Assembly (NCBI GenBank): GCA_034669905.1
Contig: JAXMOL010000018.1
Coordinates: 1 to 64,000, forward strand
Source of the DNA: Candidatus Hydrogenedentota bacterium
GTDB taxonomy: Bacteria; Hydrogenedentota; Hydrogenedentia; Hydrogenedentales; JAEUWI01
DNA: 64,000 bases
Direction of reading: 5' to 3'
This document shows, piece by piece, positions 30,793 through 40,742 of this stretch. The notes under the pieces were generated by a model. The model was given only the letters and a program-made list of their open reading frames with translations, was not told where the DNA came from and did no database searches. The position numbers and the translations under genes are program-made. Every line of letters starts with the position of its first letter. Position 1 is the first letter of the stretch.

Positions 30793-31705
30793 CCCCATCG
30801 TCCTCGTGTGGGTGGTTATGACGGGACGCGGGCTCGATGTGCACCAGGACATCATGGATAGCCGGGTTATCCGCGCGGATGGCGTCTTTCACATCGTGGG
30901 CGATGAGGTGGCCCTGCTGCACGGTGAGGGTATCTTCCACACCCACATGAATATCCACAAAGAAACAGAGCCCCATTTTGCGCACCAGGCAGGTGTCGAG
31001 GGAGACGACGTCTTTCTGCTCCAAGGCAACGACCCGCACTCGCGCTTCGATCCCGGGGTCGGGCGCGGCATCCATGATTTCATCGACGGCCGGACGGAGG
31101 AGGGTCACACCATTCCAGGCGATGATGCCACAGGCGAGCAGGGCGGCCCATTCATCGGCGGTGCGCCAGGCCTCGCCCCCCACCACGGCAATTCCGATGC
31201 CCACGAAGGCGGCGACGGAAGTAATGGCATCGCTGCGATGGTGCCAGGCATCCACCTTGAGCGCCGTGGAATGGAGCGCGCTGCTGACGCGTGACAGGTA
31301 GCGGTAGAGAATTTCTTTCAGGCCGATAACCCCCACGAGCACGAGGAGGGTATACGGGGCCGGAGCTTCGTGGGGCACCAGCATGGCCTGCACGCTCGAA
31401 ACCGCAATGCCGATGGCCGTCACAATGAGCCCCCCGGCCACCACGACGGCCGCGAGGGATTCGGCCTTGCCGTGACCATAGGGGTGGTCCTCATCGGGGG
31501 GGATGGTGGCGATACGGATGCCGCCCCAGATAATGAGTCCACCGAAAACGTCCAGCAGGGACTCCACGGCGTCGGCCACCAGGGCGTGGGAGTGGCCCAG
31601 GATCCCGGCGACACCCTTCACGACGGTGAGGACGATATTCACCCATAGGCTGAAGGTGGCATAGCGGAGGACCTTACGGTCGCTTGTCGGGGGTGTTTCA
31701 CTCAT
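30782..31705 (-). CDS. Cation diffusion facilitator (FieF-like)
   Basis: SHALVADAVES, PPDEDHPYGHGKAE, DAWHHRSD, VHIEP. Confidence 0.93.
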   Translation of the reverse strand: MSETPPTSDRKVLRYATFSLWVNIVLTVVKGVAGILGHSHALVADAVESLLDVFGGLIIWGGIRIATIPPDEDHPYGHGKAESLAAVVVAGGLIVTAIGIAVSSVQAMLVPHEAPAPYTLLVLVGVIGLKEILYRYLSRVSSALHSTALKVDAWHHRSDAITSVAAFVGIGIAVVGGEAWRTADEWAALLACGIIAWNGVTLLRPAVDEIMDAAPDPGIEARVRVVALEQKDVVSLDTCLVRKMGLCFFVDIHVGVEDTLTVQQGHLIAHDVKDAIRADNPAIHDVLVHIEPASRHNHPHEDDGDVG

Positions 31706-31825
31706 ACATTCACACGGTTTGTCATGGAAGCGCGGGAGCGTTCCCCGTTGCGTTCACAGGTAGGATTGCGGGTCTTGATGGGACTAAGCAGTATGTTGGT
31801 CAGGGCGTCTTTTGCGGTACGCGAC

Positions 31826-32560
31826 TTAGATGCCCCGTTCTTTATAGCTGGCTTCCTGCTGGGCCATGAAGGCCTCACTGCCCGTGTGCACACTGCGATA
31901 GATGGTGGGCTTAATCTCTTTTTGTTCCAACAGGTCCACCGCATGGGCGTGGATGGCCCAGAAAATAAAGCTGGCTCCAATACCGCTGAGGGGACACATT
32001 TTCTCATTGTCTTTCACGGGCAGCACGGCATCGCCCACGCCGCCACAATTGTCGATGAAGCATTCGGTTACCTGATCCAACTTGCGCTTGCTCGGGTGCT
32101 GGGACTCACAGTGGTCCATCTGGAGTTTCGACGCGAGGCCGATGGTGTGAATACCCCGCTCCTGGGCCTGGAGGGCTACCGCGATTACATTGGCGGAGCG
32201 TCCGGAATTGGAGTTGATGAGGAGCACATCGCCCTTTTTGAGTTTGCTCTTTTCCAGGGCGAGATGGACCGTCTGGGATTCCAGGGCGGCCGCTTTTCCG
32301 GGAGGCAGTTCAATCTCCCGGTGCTGGAGGTCGGCGTTCACGTTCAGTTCATAACTGAAGGGTGTGATGCCGACCATGCCGCCGGCACGCCGGATGGCTT
32401 CCCATTGGAGCATGTGCCCCGTGTCCATGATGAACCAGCCCCCTTTTTCCGCGAGGCTCTCCGCCACGATGGCCGCAGCCGCTTCGATTTGTTCGCGTTG
32501 GGTGTTTTGAATCTTGGCCACCAAACCTTCGATGACTTTGAAATATTGGTCGAGATACAT
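31826..32560 (-). CDS. SIS (sugar isomerase) domain protein
   Basis: DTGH, GDVLLINSNSGRS, IDNCGGVGDA, PLSGI. Confidence 0.85.
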   Translation of the reverse strand: MYLDQYFKVIEGLVAKIQNTQREQIEAAAAIVAESLAEKGGWFIMDTGHMLQWEAIRRAGGMVGITPFSYELNVNADLQHREIELPPGKAAALESQTVHLALEKSKLKKGDVLLINSNSGRSANVIAVALQAQERGIHTIGLASKLQMDHCESQHPSKRKLDQVTECFIDNCGGVGDAVLPVKDNEKMCPLSGIGASFIFWAIHAHAVDLLEQKEIKPTIYRSVHTGSEAFMAQQEASYKERGI

Positions 32561-32563
32561 GTA

Positions 32564-33511
32564 CTACGTGTTCCTTATAGTGATGTCGCGCTGGAGTAAC
32601 CGGATGAGTCCGCAGATCGGTTCGAGCACGACCGGGTGACAGGCAAAAAGATAGGGAGAGCGGGAGAGGGTCGCTTCGATGGCGGAAAGTACCCGCTTGG
32701 CATGAAAGACGCCTCCTGTAAATACTAGGGGAATGGGCTCCACATCAAAGTCGGTGCGGGCGGCCATGTCGATGACCAGATTCCCGAGGTGGGTGCCGGC
32801 TTCCTCCAAGATGGCGCGGGCGGTGCCATCCCAATCGGCAGCCACGCCGTCCACCGCCGCCGCGAACTCGGCCACCCGGGGAGCCGCGATATGGCCCCCC
32901 GACTGCGCTTCATCCAGGAGCTGCCACGGGGATTCAATGTGATAGAAATCTCGGGCGGCCTCCAGTAGTTTCGTTTCTTCACCCCGCTTTTGCTCGGCAC
33001 GAAAGGCCGCACGGAGCCCTTCTCGGCCAATCCAGTAGGCGCTGCCTTCGTCGCCAAACTGGGGCCCATAGCCGCCAATGGCGCTCCGTGCGCCTTGGTG
33101 GTCAATGGCGTGGCAGCTTGCACCCGTGCCCGCAACCAGGGCGATGCCTTCCTTAAGATCATAGCGGGCGAGACCAAGCTCCCCTTCGCTGTGCTCGATG
33201 CGGGGCACCCGGGAAAGGCGTTGTTTCAATACCGCATGGATCGTGGCTCGGTCGGCAGGCCCGGCCAGTCCTACCACGGCGATGGACTCGGGAATGATGC
33301 CCTCCGCCTGGAGCAGGCGCTCGAGGGTGTCGGTAAACTCGTCACGGAAGCCCTTCGCGTCCCGGTAAAGGGGGCTGGCCGATCGACAATGGGCTTCGTG
33401 AAGGATCGTTTCATCCGGACCGGCCAGGGCCAGACGGGTGCCGCTTCCGCCGCTTTCAATGGCCAGACAGGTCATGTCGTTCTTGGTGTCGATGGTGCTA
33501 CCCTCCTGCAT
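32564..33511 (-). CDS. BadF/BadG/BcrA/BcrD-type sugar kinase (N-acetylglucosamine kinase-like); start uncertain (33511, 33493 or 33475)
   Basis: IESGGSGT, VAGTGA, GGYGPQFGDEGSAYWIG, TGGVF. Confidence 0.85.
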   Translation of the reverse strand: MQEGSTIDTKNDMTCLAIESGGSGTRLALAGPDETILHEAHCRSASPLYRDAKGFRDEFTDTLERLLQAEGIIPESIAVVGLAGPADRATIHAVLKQRLSRVPRIEHSEGELGLARYDLKEGIALVAGTGASCHAIDHQGARSAIGGYGPQFGDEGSAYWIGREGLRAAFRAEQKRGEETKLLEAARDFYHIESPWQLLDEAQSGGHIAAPRVAEFAAAVDGVAADWDGTARAILEEAGTHLGNLVIDMAARTDFDVEPIPLVFTGGVFHAKRVLSAIEATLSRSPYLFACHPVVLEPICGLIRLLQRDITIRNT

Positions 33512-33736
33512 TCGATACGGAGCCTCACTATAGCGAATCCGAGGGGGAAGGGTATAGTCATTCGATCACCCATTTTCCGCGACAGGTGCATGTGCGGGGG
33601 GCGCCCATGTCCAAAGGGCTGGCGGACGCCGATGGGGTGGCGCGGGGAATGGGGCGTTGACAAGTCCGGTGTCGATGGGGTCTACTAAAGGGCGAATTCA
33701 ATAAAAACTATGCATTTATCCACCGGAGAAAACACC

Positions 33737-34906
33737 ATGCGCCTTTACTTATTCCTGCCCGCGCTTCTTTTGCTGGCACTGCTTGTCCCCTCCGCCAATG
33801 CGGACACGGTCCACATCTTCCCACCCCAGGAAAAACACGTGCACAGCAGCTCGATTGTGGAGTGTCCCAACGGGGACTATCTGGCCGTGTGGTTCTATGG
33901 CTCGGGTGAGCGCAAGTCCAACGACGTGCGTCTTCGTGGTGCCCGCCTGAAGAAGGGGGAGACCCAGTGGGGACCCGTCTTCGAGATGGCGGATACGCCG
34001 GATCTGCCGGATTGTAATCCGGTCCTGTATATCGATGCCGACGAGAAGCTCTGGCTCTTCTGGCTGGTGGTCCACACCAATCGCTGGGAACGCGGCATTC
34101 TCAAATACCGCACGAGCACGGACTACATGGGCGCGGGCGCACCGACCTGGGAATGGCAGGACATTATTCTGCTCAAGCCGGGCGAGGGGTTTGGCGATGC
34201 GCTGAAGCAGGGCTTTAAGGAAATTGCTTACCCGGAACCTATGTGGTCCGAGTATGCCGGCTCCTATACCCGTATGCTGGTGGAGAGCGCCTCCGACCCG
34301 GTGAAGACCGACATTGGCTGGATGCCCCGCACGCCGGTCATCACCCTGAAATCCGGCCGCATCGTATTGCCCCTTTATTCCGACGGGTATAACGTGTCCC
34401 TCATGGCCTACTCCGACGACAAGGGGGCCACCTGGCAGGCCAGCGCACCCGTCGTTGGTCTGGGGAATATCCAGCCCGCCGTGGTAGAGCGTTCCGACGG
34501 CACCCTCATGGCCTATATGCGGGACAACGGCGCCATGCCCAAGCGTATTATCGAAGCGACTTCCACCGACCAGGGCGAGACGTGGAGTATCGGCACCGAC
34601 ATGGAATTCCCCAATCCCGGTTCCAGTGTTTCGGCCTGTGCCCTTCAGGGGGGACGCTGGGTGTTGGTCTACAACGACGCCGAGCAGGGTCGTCACAACC
34701 TGGCCATTTTGCTCTCCGAAGATGAGGGAAAGACGTGGCCCTACAAGAAGATGCTGGAATCAAGCGAAGACCAATCCGAATCCTTCGGCTATCCCACCAT
34801 CATGGAAGGGAGCGATGGTCTGATTCACCTCTCCTACACCCACAAGAGCCCCGAAGGTAAGACCATCAACTACAGCACCTTCCCGGCGGACTCGATTAAG
34901 AACTAG
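33737..34906 (+). CDS. Secreted BNR-repeat sialidase-family protein
   Basis: Signal peptide; HSSSIVECPNGD, SDDKGATW, STDQGETW, SEDEGKTW, GYP. Confidence 0.85.
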   Translation: MRLYLFLPALLLLALLVPSANADTVHIFPPQEKHVHSSSIVECPNGDYLAVWFYGSGERKSNDVRLRGARLKKGETQWGPVFEMADTPDLPDCNPVLYIDADEKLWLFWLVVHTNRWERGILKYRTSTDYMGAGAPTWEWQDIILLKPGEGFGDALKQGFKEIAYPEPMWSEYAGSYTRMLVESASDPVKTDIGWMPRTPVITLKSGRIVLPLYSDGYNVSLMAYSDDKGATWQASAPVVGLGNIQPAVVERSDGTLMAYMRDNGAMPKRIIEATSTDQGETWSIGTDMEFPNPGSSVSACALQGGRWVLVYNDAEQGRHNLAILLSEDEGKTWPYKKMLESSEDQSESFGYPTIMEGSDGLIHLSYTHKSPEGKTINYSTFPADSIKN

Positions 34907-34926
34907 TACCCGCAGGAAATCACATC

Positions 34927-35412
34927 CTAATCCAGGTATGCCTTCAGTAATCTCCGACTGGGTCGGTCCAGCATCGTCCAGTCGGGGATTTTGTATATAT
35001 CGCCTGCAACGTCGGTGATTAGCAGTCCGTTGGGCGGCAGCCGGTGAGGCCAATCCTCTTTTGGGGTTTGAAAACGGCGCACCCCTTGCACACATTCCAC
35101 TTCCCAGTGGCGGATTTCAAACTCCAGTTTGAGCACCCGTATGGCCGTGATTTCAAAGGAGAAACTGGCTTCCCGAAGGCCCCGCTCCAACACCTCACGG
35201 CTCTCCCCGTCGAGGGTGGCGGTGTCCTCGATGAGGGCCACTTCCACGTTGTTCTCATCCCGGAGCGAAACGAAGGTGCCGGGTGCCGTCCAGGGAAAAC
35301 AGACGCTGATGCGGACGACCGTGCGCAGCCCTGCGGACAGGGCTTCTATGCGGCCATCCGGCAGGCGACTGAGTTGAAGGCTGGCGCTGTCTGGTTGGGT
35401 GGTGGATTTCAT
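34927..35412 (-). CDS. DUF1854-like protein
   Basis: CFPWTAPGTFVSLRD...EV.LIED, WEVE..QG...F, LLITDVAGDIY.IPD...LDRPSRRLL; directly downstream of an ABC exporter. Confidence 0.75.
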   Translation of the reverse strand: MKSTTQPDSASLQLSRLPDGRIEALSAGLRTVVRISVCFPWTAPGTFVSLRDENNVEVALIEDTATLDGESREVLERGLREASFSFEITAIRVLKLEFEIRHWEVECVQGVRRFQTPKEDWPHRLPPNGLLITDVAGDIYKIPDWTMLDRPSRRLLKAYLD

Positions 35413-35427
35413 CACTCATTCTCCCCG

Positions 35428-37695
35428 CTATGCGATATACATTTCGTGTAGTTCCTGCTGCATGCGGACCAGACGACTGTAGACGCCGTCGTCATTGGCC
35501 AACAATTCAGCGTGGGTACCTTCCTCGGCAATGCGCCCTTCATCGACGACGAAAAGGCGATTGGCCCGCCGCAACGTGGAGAGCCGGTGGGCAATGGCGA
35601 AGACGGTTCGGCCTTCCACCAGTTTGTCCAGGGCTTCCTGAATCTTGTGTTCCGTCTCCGTGTCCACACTGCTTGTTGCTTCGTCGAGTATGAGGACCCG
35701 TGGGTTGCACAAGAGGGCCCGTGCGATGGAGATCCGTTGGCGTTCACCACCCGAAAGGGTGTGGCCCCGTTCGCCCACCGTGGTGTCGTAGCCCAACGGG
35801 AGCTGGCAGATAAAATCATGGGCGTTCGCCACACGGGCCGCCTCAATCACGGCCTTCAGGTCGGCCTCCGGCATGCCATAGCGAATGTTATCGAGGATGG
35901 ACCCGTGAAAGAGGTGGGGATCCTGTAACACGATTCCCAGTTGTCGCCGGTAGTGGCCCAGCGCCAGGTCGCGTACATCGACCCCATCAATGGTGATCTG
36001 TCCATGGGTCGGATCGTAAAAGCGGGCGATGAGATTGGTGATGGTCGATTTGCCTGCCCCCGAGGGACCCACGAGTCCGATCATTTCACCGGGCTGTACG
36101 TCGAAGGAGATGTTTTTCAAGATGGAGCGTACGCCATCATAGGCGAAGCTGACCTTATCAAAGCGTACGTGTCCTTCAACCGGTTCGAGGCGCGTTGGGG
36201 CGTCCGCTTCGACAATATCGGGCTCACTATCCAGAATCTCGAAGACCCGATGGGCCGAGCTGGTGGCACGATTTAAGATAAAGGTGAGGCGTCCCAAAAT
36301 TTCGATGGGGTGTAAATACATCCCCATGTAGAGGGTGAAGGAAACAAAGACACCGACCGTGAGTGGGGTGGCCGTCGGACTATAGCCCAGCAGACGGGGC
36401 ATGGCGAAAAACCAGACGGCGAGTGTCATACTTTGGATGCTGAACCACAGGAAGGGCCAGAAGCTGGTCCACGTCCGATGGATTTGATTAAAGCTCGTGC
36501 AGACCTCTGCATTGCTGGTGCCAAACCGGTCCTGTTCCCGGTGCTCCTGGTTGAAGGCCTTGACCACGCGGATACCGGGAATGGAGTCTGCCAATACCGC
36601 GGTGAGTTTGCCCCACCGACGCCAGGCGTTGCCGAACAAGTGGTGCATACGTCGGCCGTAAAGGTAGAGGATGGTCAGCACCACCGGCATGGGCAAGGTC
36701 ATGACGAGGCCCAGTCGCCAATCGAGATAAAGGAGGACGCCGGTGAGCCCTGCCAGGGTTAGCATGGATACCAGAAAATCCACCAGGCCCCAGGCGACGA
36801 ATTCCCAGAGCCGGTCGGTGTCTGAGCTGACGCGGCTGATGAGGCTGCCGGTTTGTTTGGTCGAGTAAAAGCTGAGGCTTAAACGCTGTAAGTGGTCGTA
36901 GGCCGCCTTGCGGAGATCCCGGGCGACGAACTCGCCCAGGAGGGCCATGGAGCGCATGCGGACCCACGCGACAAACTGGGTTCCGGCATAGGTAATGCCG
37001 AGTAAGAAGACAAGCCAGAGGGCCATGGGCCGTGCTTCGATGGCGAGTCGTGTGCCGGACTCCACCGGGCGTAGCACCGAGTCGATCAGGTAGCCGGTGA
37101 GGTAGGGCGGAACCAACTGAAGCAGGGCCAGCAACAGTCCGGAAAGGATGCCCGCCGCGAAACGTTTTTTGTAGGGGGCCATATAGCCAAGCAGACGGAG
37201 CAGGAGTCCGGTGCCACTCTCCGACACTGCGGCCTGCGCCTCTTCGATGGGACGCCACAATCCACGTTGGAAGAGGGTGTCGGGGGCGGTGCCCGGTGCT
37301 TCGGCCTCGGGTTCTTCCAGGAGATACTTAATAGATTCCATGGCCGGGCGCTGTCGGTGACTGAAGCGGAGGGTCGCCAGCAGGTCAGCGTGTGCGCCCC
37401 ATATACGCAGTTCGTTGCCGCTGAGTCCCACCGTGAGCGCGACCTTCTGGACGGCGTCCCGGCGGAAGGTTGTCGGTGGGTCGGGCGCGGGAGGGACGAT
37501 ACAACAGTAGCGGGGGGTCAGTACGCACCAGGTTTCCGCCGTATGCAGGGAAGGGTCTAAGTCGGACAAGCCGTAGAGGACCTGCGTTGGCTCGTCGGTC
37601 TCACGGGCGACGACGCGGGCGATTGAATCTGGCAGCGTCACGGCATGCCCGGTGTAATGTTCCAGGCGTTTGGAGCGTTGCGTATGGGAGGTCAT
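35428..37695 (-). CDS. ABC exporter with N-terminal extension (DUF1854-associated type)
   Basis: About 170-aa extra N domain, TMD, GPSGAGKS, LSGGERQR, DEATSSVD. Confidence 0.9.
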   Translation of the reverse strand: MTSHTQRSKRLEHYTGHAVTLPDSIARVVARETDEPTQVLYGLSDLDPSLHTAETWCVLTPRYCCIVPPAPDPPTTFRRDAVQKVALTVGLSGNELRIWGAHADLLATLRFSHRQRPAMESIKYLLEEPEAEAPGTAPDTLFQRGLWRPIEEAQAAVSESGTGLLLRLLGYMAPYKKRFAAGILSGLLLALLQLVPPYLTGYLIDSVLRPVESGTRLAIEARPMALWLVFLLGITYAGTQFVAWVRMRSMALLGEFVARDLRKAAYDHLQRLSLSFYSTKQTGSLISRVSSDTDRLWEFVAWGLVDFLVSMLTLAGLTGVLLYLDWRLGLVMTLPMPVVLTILYLYGRRMHHLFGNAWRRWGKLTAVLADSIPGIRVVKAFNQEHREQDRFGTSNAEVCTSFNQIHRTWTSFWPFLWFSIQSMTLAVWFFAMPRLLGYSPTATPLTVGVFVSFTLYMGMYLHPIEILGRLTFILNRATSSAHRVFEILDSEPDIVEADAPTRLEPVEGHVRFDKVSFAYDGVRSILKNISFDVQPGEMIGLVGPSGAGKSTITNLIARFYDPTHGQITIDGVDVRDLALGHYRRQLGIVLQDPHLFHGSILDNIRYGMPEADLKAVIEAARVANAHDFICQLPLGYDTTVGERGHTLSGGERQRISIARALLCNPRVLILDEATSSVDTETEHKIQEALDKLVEGRTVFAIAHRLSTLRRANRLFVVDEGRIAEEGTHAELLANDDGVYSRLVRMQQELHEMYIA

Positions 37696-37774
37696 GGTGT
37701 TTTCCAGCGGGTGTCGATTGAAAGCAGGGGTATATGTCCATCGATACCATGCGCACTTTTGAGGCCATGGAAAC

Positions 37775-37815
37775 AAAAAAGGCCAGGGAGTAAGTTAAAA
37801 CCTACCACCTGACCT
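37775..37815 (-). terminator. Intrinsic terminator in the leader of the ABC exporter (possible attenuator)
   Basis: AGGUCAGGUGGUAGG-UUUUAA-CUUACUCCCUGGCCU followed by a U-run; the G-U wobbles work only on the minus strand; 80 nt before ATG 37695. Confidence 0.75.
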
Positions 37816-38123
37816 TTGGGAATCAGTGTACGCGTCAGCCTTGGCTGATAAAGAACCGTCGAGCGCTTGACGCGTTCAAGTGCCCAATACTACCAACACT
37901 TAATTTTCGCAGACCCGCACCATATAGGAATACCCGGGAAACCCATTGACCTCCACCGAGTCGTTTCGGCTTCCGGGGGTATGCGGACATGCTGCAGTTG
38001 TTTGTCTTCGACGATGTGAAAAAGTCTGAGCGAATGAATCAGGTAAAACCGGACTCAATAAGGAAATTCAGACTGTCCACACGATACACGGATTAAACTG
38101 TTTCTAGTGAGATGCGAAGCCGA

Positions 38124-38324
38124 TTAGGCGGAACGCACTTCCTGGGCTTCCGGCCCCTTGCGGCCCTGGCCGACTTCGAAGGACACGCGCTGACCCTCGG
38201 TCAGAAGGCCTTCGGCCGGGTCAACGTTGGAGACGTGGATGAACAGGTCATCGCCGCCATCGTCGGGGTTGATAAAGCCAAAACCTTTTTGCTCATTGAA
38301 AAATTTAACGGTACCTGTGGGCAT
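38124..38324 (-). CDS. cspA: Cold-shock protein
   Basis: GTVKFFNEQKGFGFI, DLFIHVS, GRKGPEA. Confidence 0.95.
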   Translation of the reverse strand: MPTGTVKFFNEQKGFGFINPDDGGDDLFIHVSNVDPAEGLLTEGQRVSFEVGQGRKGPEAQEVRSA

Positions 38325-38489
38325 TTCTAATTTCCTTTAACATTCTGCTGATTTCATTGTGAACTAATAATCATCGGCGTGGGTGGAGACACACTCCTGA
38401 TTCATTGGGAGTAGTGTAACAGCATTATCCACGGGTTACCACAATTATTTTTTATTGTTCACCCTGTGCCGATTTCGGGATCTCCCGGG

Positions 38490-39608
38490 CTAGCGCGCGG
38501 AAATCGGGGGGACAGGCCGTGCTTTGGGACCCTGGTAGATACTCAGCGGCCGATAAATCCGGTTGTTGCGGGCTTGCTCGATGATGTGGGCACTCCACCC
38601 GGTGACCCGGGAGGCCACGAAGAGGGGGGTGTAGACGTCGATGGGAAGGCCCAGCAGATAATATGTCAGGCCGCAGGGGTAGTCGACGTTGGGATAAATT
38701 TTCTTCTCTTCCGTCATCGGCTTCTTGATGGCGTCGTAAATGGCCATCCACTTTTCCTCGCCCTTTTGTGTGGCCAGCTTGCGAAGCTTTTCTTCGAGAA
38801 TGACGGCACGGTGATCGCCATGCTTGTAAACCCGGTGACCGAAGCCCATGACTTTTTCTTTGTTCGCAAGTGCCTGCGTGATCCACGCACTCGCTTCGTC
38901 CGCGCTCTTGAAACGGATCAACATTTCCATGGCGGCTTCGTTGGCTCCGCCGTGGAGGGGGCCCTTCAGGGCTCCGATGGCCCCGGTAACCGCAGAGACG
39001 ATATCCGACATCGTGGAGCAAATTACCCGTGCGGTGAAGGTGCTGGCGTTGAAATCATGCTCCGCGTAGAGCACCAGGCTCAGGTCGATGAGCTCTTCGG
39101 AGAGGGCGTCGGGAATTTCGCCATGACACTGATAGAGGATCTGGGCGGCGTGACTCAGGCCGTCTTTGGGAGCTAAGGGTTCCTGGCCATTGACCAGCCG
39201 ATAGCGGGCGGCAATGATGCCGCCAATCTGAGCGGTAAGCCAGAGGGCCCGTTGCCGGTTAGCCGCCTCGTCTTCGCCCGCAATGGGATCAAAGTGGCCG
39301 GTGTAGGAAACCATGCTGCGGAGGACGTCCATCATGGGGACCTCGTTGGGAATGGCGCGCAGCGCATCGATGAGGGGCTCTGGCAGGGGGCGGTAGTTCG
39401 CGAGGGATTGCTTCACGGTCTCCAATTGACTGGCATTGGGCAGGGACTCGAAGAGAAGCAGGTGGGCGACCTCTTCGAAGCAGACCGTCTCTGCGAGCTC
39501 CTGGATGGTATAGCCGCGGTAGAGCAGCTTGCCCTGGTCGACACATCCGATCGTCGTTTCACCAGCGATAACGCCGGCGAGGCCGGGACTGTATGGGGTA
39601 TCACTCAT
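38490..39608 (-). CDS. prpC: 2-methylcitrate synthase / citrate synthase
   Basis: GLAGV, LYRGY, AEHDFNASTF, GPLHGGANE, MGFGHRVY, YPNVD; adjacent to prpB. Confidence 0.85.
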   Translation of the reverse strand: MSDTPYSPGLAGVIAGETTIGCVDQGKLLYRGYTIQELAETVCFEEVAHLLLFESLPNASQLETVKQSLANYRPLPEPLIDALRAIPNEVPMMDVLRSMVSYTGHFDPIAGEDEAANRQRALWLTAQIGGIIAARYRLVNGQEPLAPKDGLSHAAQILYQCHGEIPDALSEELIDLSLVLYAEHDFNASTFTARVICSTMSDIVSAVTGAIGALKGPLHGGANEAAMEMLIRFKSADEASAWITQALANKEKVMGFGHRVYKHGDHRAVILEEKLRKLATQKGEEKWMAIYDAIKKPMTEEKKIYPNVDYPCGLTYYLLGLPIDVYTPLFVASRVTGWSAHIIEQARNNRIYRPLSIYQGPKARPVPPISAR

Positions 39609-39691
39609 CGTGCTCTCCTGTTAAGGGCTCGAAAGCCACGTATCCAATCGCGTTGCCCGATGCCTCAGTGAGGATTTCACCAAGTTCACCG

Positions 39692-40549
39692 CTACTTATT
39701 GACAGTACCTGTGTATCCGAGCAGGTCATATAACTCCTGCCGGGTCTGCATCTGCCCGAGGCACCCATCCACTTTCCCGGAAGTGGCGAGTTCGTTGAGT
39801 ACGTGTTCCATGGCATACATGGCCGCTCGTTGCAGGGTAACGGGGAAGATGACGAGGTTGTATCCCATGTCGCCCAACTCCGATGCACTGAAGGAAGGCG
39901 AGGTGCCAAACTCGGTCATGTTTGCCAGCAGCAGGGCGTCGACATCGCTTGCAAAGCGGCGAAACTCTTCCTCGCTTGTGAGGGCCTCGGGAAAAATTAC
40001 GTCGGCGCCCGCCGCAAGGTAGAGTTGAGCACGTCGCACGGCTTCATCATAACCGGCGACACCGCGGGCATCGGTACGGGCGATTAACAGAAAATCATCG
40101 GAGGGCTTCGCCACCGCGGCCGCCGCGATTTTTTCGCAGAACTCCTCCGCGGGAACGAGTTCTTTCCCGGCCAGATGCCCACAACGCTTGGGGAATACCT
40201 GGTCTTCCAGGTGAATGCCGCTGGCGCCGGCCGCCGCAAGGGTCTCCACCGTGCGGATGGTATTGTTCACTTCACCATACCCGGTGTCGGCGTCCACGAT
40301 GAGGGGCAGGTTGCAGGCATTGGCGATGTGGCGGGTGTGCTGTTCAGACTCCGTAAGGGTCATGATGCCGACGTCGGGTCGGCCACCCACCGAATTGGCC
40401 AACACCGCGCCCGACAAATACGCCGCATCGAATCCCATCTTCTCTATAAGCCGTGCGCTGAGGGCGTTGATGGCGCCGGGAAGCACTACCGTGCCCTGAG
40501 AAAGGAGGGAGCGCAGGGTGGCCGTGCGTTCATGGGGATCGAAAAGCAT
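39692..40549 (-). CDS. prpB: 2-methylisocitrate lyase
   Basis: DADTGYG, EDQVFPKRCGH, ARTDA, LANMTEFG. Confidence 0.92.
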   Translation of the reverse strand: MLFDPHERTATLRSLLSQGTVVLPGAINALSARLIEKMGFDAAYLSGAVLANSVGGRPDVGIMTLTESEQHTRHIANACNLPLIVDADTGYGEVNNTIRTVETLAAAGASGIHLEDQVFPKRCGHLAGKELVPAEEFCEKIAAAAVAKPSDDFLLIARTDARGVAGYDEAVRRAQLYLAAGADVIFPEALTSEEEFRRFASDVDALLLANMTEFGTSPSFSASELGDMGYNLVIFPVTLQRAAMYAMEHVLNELATSGKVDGCLGQMQTRQELYDLLGYTGTVNK

Positions 40550-40742
40550 CGTCGTTCATCCTTCAGTGTTTAGAGAGAGGGATTAGTATCAGACTGCCTC
40601 TCCGACATGCGATCTGTCAAGACGTTGGTCATTAAACCTTTCAATAATTACTATGCATGGCATCTGGTATGGATAATTCACCCTATAGCGTGCTATCGGA
40701 GTGACATAGGGAAGCGCAAGCAATCGGGTGTTCCGGCGAGTC

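Noticed and set aside
33657..33690. Sigma70 promoter from TTGACA
   Set aside because: No acceptable -10 hexamer at 16-18 nt spacing.
37775..37820. yybP-ykoY (Mn) riboswitch, suggested by GGGAGTA...GACCTTTG on the plus strand
   Set aside because: Too short, wrong strand for any downstream gene, and fully explained by the minus-strand terminator.
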